In this document: positions 1 through 5,288 of the stretch, in pieces
How positions within the stretch are numbered: position 1 is the first letter of the stretch
Layout: each line of letters opens with the position of its first letter
NCBI GenBank assembly: GCA_046331705.1
Contig: JAXLQJ010000010.1
Span: 180,005 to 200,004 of the forward strand
Direction of reading: 5' to 3'
Length of the DNA: 20,000 nt
Source: a bacterium
GTDB taxonomy: Bacteria; JADJOY01
Notes under the pieces: generated by a model
Told to the model about the DNA's origin: nothing
The model's database searches: none
What the model saw: the letters and a program-made list of their open reading frames with translations, nothing else
Position numbers and translations under genes: made by a program

Positions 1-434
1 GCCGAGCAGGTACGCGGCCCGTGGGCGAGAAGGCGCCCAATCCATGGGGGCTTCGCGACATGCTCGGGAACGTCTACGAGTGGTGCAGCGACGGGTACGG
101 GCCGTACGCTCCGGGTGCGGTGCAAGACCCCGCAGGACCTGCCGAGGGCTCGCTTCGCGTGCTCCGTGGCGGCTCTTGGCTCTCGCACGCTGAGTACGTG
201 CGTGCGGCGCACCGGATCAGGGGCGGGCCGGACGCTCGCGACGGCTACCTTGGCTTCCGCCTTGCCCGAGGTCAGGGTGCGCCAGGCCAGGAAAGCGAGC
301 GTGCCGGAGGGGGCGCGGCGCGGGCCGGCCAGGCGGGGACCGCCGTCGGCCCGGCCCGAAGCACGCGACCCCAAGGCGTAAGCCAAGGAGCGGGTGTCAC
401 GAAGACGCGCGCATCGTCCAAGCGGAAGCAATAG
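1..434 (+). CDS. DGR target protein 1, C-terminal part (formylglycine-generating enzyme/FGE-sulfatase family, CLec fold); 5'-truncated by the window edge
   Basis: Frame is open from base 3: [28 protein letters not shown]...RVLRGGSW...R...LGFRLAR, the FGE-sulfatase signature motifs. Paralogous to the C-terminus of 2362-3258. Stop TAG 432-434. Confidence 0.92.
   Translation, partial: RAGTRPVGEKAPNPWGLRDMLGNVYEWCSDGYGPYAPGAVQDPAGPAEGSLRVLRGGSWLSHAEYVRAAHRIRGGPDARDGYLGFRLARGQGAPGQESERAGGGAARAGQAGTAVGPARSTRPQGVSQGAGVTKTRASSKRKQ
143..270 (+). repeat. DGR variable repeat VR1
   Basis: Ungapped 128-nt alignment to TR 2065-2192. 17 mismatches: 16 at TR adenines and one T>A (TR 2141 vs 219). Confidence 0.96.
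271..284 (+). promoter_or_regulatory. IMH-like element of VR1 (GTCAGGGTGCGCCA)
   Basis: Identical 14-mer follows VR2 (3229-3242). TR continues with a different sequence (CGCACGAGCGGGCC), as expected for IMH versus IMH*. Confidence 0.7.
321..358 (+). other. Conserved hairpin downstream of VR1 (apex GGCGG-GGA-CCGCC, 332-344)
   Basis: Same 13-nt apex occurs after VR2 (3298-3310). Outer arms CGGGCCGG (321-328) and CCGGCCCG (351-358) are complementary. Confidence 0.6.
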
Positions 435-449
435 GCTCATGGCCAGACC

Positions 450-485
450 ACGCGCGGCCCTTGGCCGCGCGTCGCGCATTTTTCG
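450..485 (+). terminator. Perfect hairpin ACGCGCGGCC-CTT-GGCCGCGCGT followed by a T-run: terminator or DGR cruciform
   Basis: 10-bp perfect stem at 450-472, then CGCGCATTTTTC; lies just after the target 1 stop. Confidence 0.55.
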
Positions 486-515
486 CGAAGCTCACGAGTG
501 GGAGCCGCCGTGCGT

Positions 516-1010
516 ATGCGCTTCTTCACGATTCCCGTCTTCGCCGACGACACTGCCGCGAACGAGCTCAACGGGTTCCTCGCCTCCCGTCGCGTGCTTT
601 CGATCGATCGCCGGCTGATCGACGACGGCCCGGGGAGTGCTTGGGCCGTGTGCGTCACCTACCTCGACGCGACGAGCGGCGCGGCACCGATCAAGAAGGG
701 CAAAGTCGACTACAAAGAGGTGCTTTCCGACGGCGATTTCGCAGTGTTCGTGCGCCTGCGCGCACTTCGGAAGAGCTTGGCCGAGCGCGATGCCGTACCC
801 GCCTACGCCATCTTCACGAACGAGCAGCTCGCCGCGATGGTCGAGCGGTGAGTGAGCACGGCGGCCGACATCGAGTCGATTGAAGGTGTCGGCAAGTCGC
901 GGGTGGAGAAGTACGGCGCCGCGTTCCTCGAGATCCTGTGCTCCGCGGACCTCGCCGCGGCGCCAGCCGCCCTGACGGCCACCACCACCACCACCACCGC
1001 CGCCGAGTAG
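516..1010 (+). pseudogene. HRDC-domain DGR accessory protein interrupted by an in-frame TGA at 849-851 (ORF as read: 516-851)
   Basis: GGAG at 501-504, ATG at 516. ...FVRLRALRKSLAERDAVPAYAIFTNEQLAAMVER*VSTAADIESIEGVGKSRVEKYGAAFLEIL... forms one HRDC domain across the stop. The frame continues to TAG 1008-1010, 7 nt before the RT ATG. Confidence 0.85.
981..998 (+). repeat. (ACC)6 microsatellite encoding poly-Thr in the HRDC tail
   Basis: ACCACCACCACCACCACC read directly. Confidence 0.8.
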
Positions 1011-1017
1011 GCCGCCG

Positions 1018-2028
1018 ATGCCGAGGCGCAGCGCGGTCAGCCTCGGCGAGATCGCATCGTTCGAGAATCTGGCAGCGGCGTTCTGGCGCGCCGCCCGAGG
1101 CAAACGCCACCGGCTGGAGGTGCGCCGCTTCGAGGCGCAACTGGAGCACGAGCTGGCGGCCCTCGCCGCCGAGATCGTCTCGCTTCGTGTGCCGGTCGGG
1201 CGGTTTCACGTGTTCCAGGTCTTCGACCCGAAGCCGCGCCTGATTCACGCGCCGGCCTTTCGCGAGCGTGTGCTGCACCACGCCATGATGCGGCCGATGG
1301 AGCCCGTGCTCGATCGCTCGTTGGTCGACGACACGTTCGCGTGTCGCACGGGGAAAGGCACCTTGGCCGCCGTCGAGCGCGCGCAACACCATCTCAGACG
1401 CTTCTCGTGGTACGCGAAGCTCGATGTGAGGCGCTACTTCGCCAGTGTCGATCATGCGGTTCTTCGAGCGCTTCTCGAGCGCCGCTTCAAGGACCCGGGG
1501 CTTCTGGCACTTTGCGCCCGTGTGATCGATGCGCACCACGCGGCACCCGGGAAGGGCCTGCCCATCGGTGCGCTCACGTCGCAGCACTTCGCCAATCTCT
1601 ACCTCGCATCGCTCGACCGATTCCTCTTGGAGGAGCAGCGCGTGGCCGGGCTGGTGCGCTACATGGACGACGTGGCGTGGTGGTGCGAGACCAAGGAACA
1701 CGCTCGCGAATCGCTTCGAAACGCGGTCCAGTTGCTGCGCGAGCGACTACTGCTCGAGGTTCACCCCAACGCACGCGTTCAGCGCAGCTCGCACGGGCTC
1801 TCGTTCCTGGGTTTCCGCGTGCGGCGGGGCGCGTTGCTGCTTTCTCGGCGGCGGCGTGTGCGTTACCGGGCCGCTCGGCAACGCTGGGAAGAGGCGTTCC
1901 GCCTCGGCCTGGTCGAGGCCCGGACCCTCCAGGCTGGCTATGCCTCCGCGCTCGCGATCACGCTCCACGCCGAGAGCCGGGGCTGGCGCCGGGCGGAGCT
2001 GGTGCTCCATCCGCCGCTGGACGCGTGA
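1018..2028 (+). CDS. DGR reverse transcriptase (336 aa)
   Basis: RT motifs PKPRLIHAPAFRERVLHHA, FACRTGKGT, KLDVRRYFASVDH, GLPIGALTSQHFANLYL (the SQ motif typical of DGR RTs), YMDD and FLGF. No maturase or endonuclease extension. Confidence 0.96.
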   Translation: MPRRSAVSLGEIASFENLAAAFWRAARGKRHRLEVRRFEAQLEHELAALAAEIVSLRVPVGRFHVFQVFDPKPRLIHAPAFRERVLHHAMMRPMEPVLDRSLVDDTFACRTGKGTLAAVERAQHHLRRFSWYAKLDVRRYFASVDHAVLRALLERRFKDPGLLALCARVIDAHHAAPGKGLPIGALTSQHFANLYLASLDRFLLEEQRVAGLVRYMDDVAWWCETKEHARESLRNAVQLLRERLLLEVHPNARVQRSSHGLSFLGFRVRRGALLLSRRRRVRYRAARQRWEEAFRLGLVEARTLQAGYASALAITLHAESRGWRRAELVLHPPLDA

Positions 2029-2051
2029 GCGGCAGCTGGGTAGAAGGTCGG

Positions 2052-2331
2052 TGGACGAGAGTCACGAGGGCTCGAATCGCGTGATCCGTGGCGGCTCTTG
2101 GAACTCGAACGCTGAGAACGTGCGTGCGGCGAACCGGAACTGGAACGAGCCGGACGATCGCAACGACAACCTTGGCTTCCGCCTTGCCCGAGCGCACGAG
2201 CGGGCCGTGGTGCCCGCCCCTGACCCGACTCTCGTCCAGCCCGTCGGTGGGAACGCCGGCGGCAAACAGCAAGCGGGCGCCAGCGTGCCCGTAGCACGGC
2301 GGATGCCGCGTCGAGCGCTCGCTGGCCGCCC
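2052..2331 (+). ncRNA. Putative DGR RNA (TR plus structured flanks/spacer)
   Basis: Non-coding gap between RT and target 2. A 12-bp inverted repeat (2052-2063 / 2227-2238) encloses TR. Further hairpins: 2200-2217, 2241-2262 (GGAA tetraloop, two G-U pairs) and 2275-2331. Confidence 0.65.
2065..2192 (+). repeat. DGR template repeat (TR)
   Basis: 128 nt with 26 adenines, including 8 AAC and 1 AAT codons in the target reading frame. Matches VR1 and VR2 except at A positions. Intergenic. Confidence 0.96.
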
Positions 2332-2361
2332 ACCCTTCGTTTTGTGCAGCGGACGGTCGTG

Positions 2362-3258
2362 ATGGCGGCGGCCTTCGCTTCTCACCCGCTCGAGACGGGC
2401 GTGCCGCCGTCGTGGGCGTGCGAGTGGGGGGACGATCGCTACGGAGTGTGGGCGGGATTCGCGGTGGGCGAGGTCACGCACCGGCTGCGCTGGATCCGAC
2501 CCGGGACGTTCTGGATGGGCTCGCCAAAGGGCGAAGCGGGGCGGTGGCCGGACGAGGGACCGCGTCATCGTGTGACGATCCGCAGCGGGTTCTGGCTGGG
2601 TGAGATGCCGTGTACCCAGGCGCTCTGGGAAGCGGTGATGGGTGAGAACCCGAGCAGATTCCAGAGCCCTACGCGCCCCGTGGAGCGCGTGAGCTGGAGC
2701 GATTGCCAGGCGTTCCTCGCTCGCCTCGGCGAGCGCGTTCCGGAGCTTAAGCCGCGGCTGCCCACCGAGGCCGAATGGGAGTACGCGTGCCGCGCCGGGA
2801 CCACGACCAGCACCTATGCAGGCGAGCTGGTGATTCGCGGCGACAACGACGGCCCGGTGCTGGATGCCATCGCCTGGTACGGCGGCAACAGCGGTGTGGG
2901 ATTCGAGTTGGCCGAAGCAGAGGACTCCTCGAAGTGGCCGAAGAAGCAGCACCCGCACAAGAAGGCGGGGACTCGGCCCGTGGGCTTGAAGGCACCGAAT
3001 CCGTGGGGCCTCTGCGACATGCTCGGAAACGTTTGGGAATGGTGCGGCGATTGGTTTGGTGACTACGCCCCCGCAGCAGTGACCGATCCGACAGGACCGG
3101 CCGAGGGCTCGGATCGCGTGTTCCGTGGCGGCTCTTGGGGCTCGTACGCGCGGAGCGTGCGTGCGGCGTACCGGGACTGGTACGGGCCGGCGTTCGCATC
3201 GACTACCTTGGCTTCCGCCTTGCCCGAGGTCAGGGTGCGCCAAGCGAGGCCGCGGTAG
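2362..3258 (+). CDS. DGR target protein 2 (FGE-sulfatase/CLec fold); frameshifted inside VR2, corrected frame ends at 3491
   Basis: Motifs WIRPGTFWMGSP, EGPRHRVTI, TQALWEAVMGENPSRF, PVERVSW, RLPTEAEWEYACRAG, PNPWGLCDMLGNVWEWC, RVFRGGSW. The expected end [10 protein letters not shown] is in another frame after 3190. Confidence 0.92.
   Translation: MAAAFASHPLETGVPPSWACEWGDDRYGVWAGFAVGEVTHRLRWIRPGTFWMGSPKGEAGRWPDEGPRHRVTIRSGFWLGEMPCTQALWEAVMGENPSRFQSPTRPVERVSWSDCQAFLARLGERVPELKPRLPTEAEWEYACRAGTTTSTYAGELVIRGDNDGPVLDAIAWYGGNSGVGFELAEAEDSSKWPKKQHPHKKAGTRPVGLKAPNPWGLCDMLGNVWEWCGDWFGDYAPAAVTDPTGPAEGSDRVFRGGSWGSYARSVRAAYRDWYGPAFASTTLASALPEVRVRQARPR
3102..3228 (+). repeat. DGR variable repeat VR2
   Basis: 127 nt versus TR: 14 substitutions at TR adenines, one deletion at a TR adenine (between 3190 and 3191) and 2 non-A changes (3150-3151). 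Confidence 0.95.
3229..3242 (+). promoter_or_regulatory. IMH-like element of VR2 (GTCAGGGTGCGCCA)
   Basis: Identical to 271-284 and absent after TR. Confidence 0.7.
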
Positions 3259-3284
3259 CGGCCAGCCAGACCGGTGCGAGCGAG

Positions 3285-3324
3285 CGCGGGTTGGCGAGGC
3301 GGGGACCGCCGAGCAAGACCCGCG
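3285..3324 (+). other. Conserved hairpin downstream of VR2 (apex GGCGG-GGA-CCGCC, 3298-3310)
   Basis: Outer arms CGCGGGT (3285-3291) and ACCCGCG (3318-3324). Apex identical to the one after VR1. Confidence 0.6.
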
Positions 3325-3354
3325 GCGAGCGAGTGAAGCAAGAGCGAGTGCCTG

Positions 3355-3394
3355 CCGGCGCGGGGCGCGCCCCGCGCCGGTTTCGAAATTTTTT
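3355..3394 (+). terminator. 26-bp perfect palindrome CCGGCGCGGGGCGCGCCCCGCGCCGG followed by TTTCGAAATTTTTT: terminator or cruciform
   Basis: 3355-3380 is its own reverse complement; a T-rich tail follows. Confidence 0.6.
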
Positions 3395-3635
3395 GCCGGG
3401 GATCGTGCCTTTCGATCCCACGGTGCTGGCTCTCACAGTTCCGGGCGCGCCGCTGAGCTCGAGTGAGCTCACCGCGCGACATCCCGCGTGACTTGGCCTC
3501 GGACACCGCGCCACGCCCGCCGGGCGGGGGAAGAGGGCCGTCGAGGGACCGACGGCCCGCCAGTCGATCTGTGCAGCACGGTCTCGACGCTCAGCCTTCC
3601 ACCTCTTCGCGCGTGGGCGCTTCGCTGCGAGCGGC

Positions 3636-3661
3636 TGTAACGCTTGCGGCGCTCGGTGGAC
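3636..3661 (+). promoter_or_regulatory. ECF-sigma-type promoter TGTAAC-N16-GGAC upstream of the anti-sigma gene
   Basis: Same spacing and near-identical boxes as the copies at 3961 and 5194. Confidence 0.5.
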
Positions 3662-3708
3662 CGAACCTGGGGCGATTGCCGCGGCCCCGGCACGGGTGGA
3701 GCGAAACG

Positions 3709-3963
3709 ATGCGTTGTGTCGACGTCACCGAGCTGGTCACCGAATACGTCGAGGGGCGCATGCCCCTCGGCGAGCGCTTGCGATTCCAGCTCCACCTCGG
3801 TGCGTGCGGGCATTGCCGCGCCTATCTGGCGCAGATGCGCCAGACGGTTCGCGCGCTCGAGCGCGTCGCGCCGGCGCCCATGCCGCAGGACGTCCGCGCC
3901 GAGCTCGAGCGCCGCTTTCGCGATTGGTCGCGGACCAAGCCCTCGGACGGCGAAGCCGAGTGA
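3709..3963 (+). CDS. Zinc-finger (zf-HC2/ZAS) anti-sigma factor, 84 aa
   Basis: GGAG at 3698-3701. MRCVDVTELVTEYVEGRM...HLGACGHCRAYLAQMR contains the HxxxCxxC ZAS motif. Confidence 0.88.
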   Translation: MRCVDVTELVTEYVEGRMPLGERLRFQLHLGACGHCRAYLAQMRQTVRALERVAPAPMPQDVRAELERRFRDWSRTKPSDGEAE

Positions 3964-3986
3964 AACGCTTTCGCGCGATCCGCGAC
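3961..3986 (+). promoter_or_regulatory. ECF-sigma-type promoter TGAAAC-N16-CGAC upstream of doxX
   Basis: TGAAACGC-N12-CGCGACTGA; both boxes are identical to the copy at 5194-5222. Confidence 0.65.
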
Positions 3987-4065
3987 TGATAGCCGTGAGC
4001 CGCGGCACCGGGTGGCACCGACGATGGGGTCGGACACGCGGCGCGCGACGGCTCGAGAGGAAGCC

Positions 4066-4650
4066 ATGACTCACGCACACGCCACCGTCGCCACCGCCGC
4101 CGCCGTGAACCTCGCCATGCCCATCGCGGAGACTCCGATGTCCACCGATGCCAAGCCGTCGAATTTTCTGCGCTCGGCCATCGCCAAAGGCGAGGCACTC
4201 TACGGTGTGTTCACGCGGGTCGCGGACCTCCTGCCGCACCCCGTGCTGGCGATCCTGCGCGGGTATTGGGGCTACCAGTTCTTCCAGACCGGCAAGGGCA
4301 AGCTGATGGATCTGGCTTCCGTCACCGACTTCTTCGCTTCGCTCGGCATCCCGGCGCCCCATCTCAACGCCATGATGGCGGGCGCGACCGAGTGCGTGGG
4401 CGGGCTCTTGCTCTTGGTGGGGCTGGGATCGCGGCTCGTTTCGGTGCCGCTTTCCATCACGATGCTGGTCGCGTACGCGACCGCGCATCGCGAGGCGTTG
4501 CTCGGCATCTTCGGCGATCCCGACACGTTCTTGCAGCAGGAGCCGTTCTTGTTCCTGCTCACCGCGGTGTTGGTGCTCGCGTTCGGGCCGGGTGCCTTCT
4601 CGCTCGACGCGCTCGTGAAGAAGCTCGTCCAGAAACGTCGCGCCGCGTGA
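4066..4650 (+). CDS. DoxX family membrane protein (BufD-like)
   Basis: GAGG RBS before ATG 4066. LAILRGYWGYQFFQTGKGKL, FASLGIPAP, ECVGGLLLLVGLGSR and GPGAFSLD are DoxX motifs. Confidence 0.9.
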   Translation: MTHAHATVATAAAVNLAMPIAETPMSTDAKPSNFLRSAIAKGEALYGVFTRVADLLPHPVLAILRGYWGYQFFQTGKGKLMDLASVTDFFASLGIPAPHLNAMMAGATECVGGLLLLVGLGSRLVSVPLSITMLVAYATAHREALLGIFGDPDTFLQQEPFLFLLTAVLVLAFGPGAFSLDALVKKLVQKRRAA

Positions 4651-4712
4651 GGCGGCGACCGCTCCGGACCGCCAAAACCGCGCGCGGAGCCGGCGCGTAA
4701 TCAGGTAGCAGT

Positions 4713-4738
4713 CGCAACCAGGAACACGTCCAGCCGAA
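4713..4738 (+). promoter_or_regulatory. ECF-sigma-type promoter variant CGCAAC-N16-CGAA upstream of the bufferin-like precursor
   Basis: AAC-N16-CGA spacing shared with the other three copies; weaker match. Confidence 0.4.
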
Positions 4739-4793
4739 CCGGTCCATGGTGGACCCCACGAGCTGGCGATCGCAGGAAAAGGGGAGGTAGGTC

Positions 4794-5051
4794 ATGAACG
4801 CGAAGATCACGGGAGCTCTGGTCGCAACCGCCGTGGCGGGTCTTTTCATCGCGGGCGCCGCGAAGGCGGCGGAGGGTACGCCGGGCACCGGCGCCAAGGT
4901 GAAGTGCGAAGGCATCAACTCCTGCAAGGGCCACGGCGCGTGCAAGGGCGGGGGCCACGGCTGCGCCGGCCAGAACGGCTGCGCCGGCAAGGGTTGGGTG
5001 GAGACGTCGGCCGAAGAGTGCGCCGCGAAGAAGGGAAAGGTCGTCAACTGA
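4794..5051 (+). CDS. bufA2: BufA2-type bufferin-like precursor / small secreted Cys-rich protein (85 aa)
   Basis: Strong RBS GGAGG and Sec signal ending AAKA. Core KCEGINSCKGHGACKGGGHGCAGQNGCAGKGW...EECAAKKG has 6 Cys in NxCKG/NxCAG repeats. Adjacent to DoxX and an anti-sigma gene. Confidence 0.75.
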   Translation: MNAKITGALVATAVAGLFIAGAAKAAEGTPGTGAKVKCEGINSCKGHGACKGGGHGCAGQNGCAGKGWVETSAEECAAKKGKVVN

Positions 5052-5076
5052 TCGTTTCGGCCTCGGTCGCGGGTCG

Positions 5077-5117
5077 CGAAAGCGGGCGTGGGAGCGAATC
5101 CCACGCCCGTTTCGTTT
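5077..5117 (+). terminator. Rho-independent terminator after the bufferin-like gene
   Basis: CGGGCGTGGGA-GCGAA-TCCCACGCCCG (11-bp stem, 5083-5109) followed by TTTCGTTT. Confidence 0.8.
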
Positions 5118-5193
5118 GGGCGCGCCCGCGGCTCGTCAGGCGAGCGCCGCTCGCCTGCCCGCAACGCCACGAGCGCCTTCCTCGCAATCGAGC

Positions 5194-5219
5194 TGAAACG
5201 CGCGCGCGGCGAACGCGAC
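5194..5219 (+). promoter_or_regulatory. ECF-sigma-type promoter TGAAAC-N16-CGAC upstream of the aquaporin operon
   Basis: TGAAACGC-N12-CGCGACTGA, same boxes as 3961-3989. Confidence 0.65.
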
Positions 5220-5288
5220 TGAGAGGCGGGCGCCCGACGCGAGGTTCGCAGCGCCGCTCACCAGAAACGAACGCTCAGCGAGATCCTC

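Larger units (their letters stand above)
1..3400 (+). mobile_element. Diversity-generating retroelement (DGR) cassette: target1(VR1)-HRDC-RT-TR-target2(VR2); 5' end lies outside the window
   Basis: DGR-type RT plus three copies of a ~128-nt repeat. The non-coding copy is rich in AAC codons and differs from the two coding copies almost only at adenines. Confidence 0.96.

Noticed and set aside
849-851. TGA as selenocysteine or an alternative genetic code
   Set aside because: Most genes in the window end in TGA, and this HRDC position is not a Cys site. No SECIS could be supported.
938-1243. ORF with a poly-His run (HHHHHH)
   Set aside because: Alternate-frame reading of the (ACC)6 repeat, overlapping the HRDC tail and RT. 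A triplet repeat would not phase-vary the frame.
1018-2028. RT as a group II intron, retron or CRISPR-associated RT
   Set aside because: Short RT with an SQ motif and YMDD, no maturase/endonuclease domain, no retron VTG motif and no cas genes. The TR/VR pairs explain it.
1529-2362. ORF whose translation includes GSNRVIRGGSWNSNAENVRAANRNWNEPDDRNDNLGFRLAR, resembling a third FGE gene
   Set aside because: This is the TR read in frame. It overlaps the RT in another frame and lacks the rest of the FGE domain.
143-3228. Three repeats as a CRISPR array or IS terminal repeats
   Set aside because: They are 128-nt dispersed direct copies with A-specific differences. There are no spacers and no transposase.
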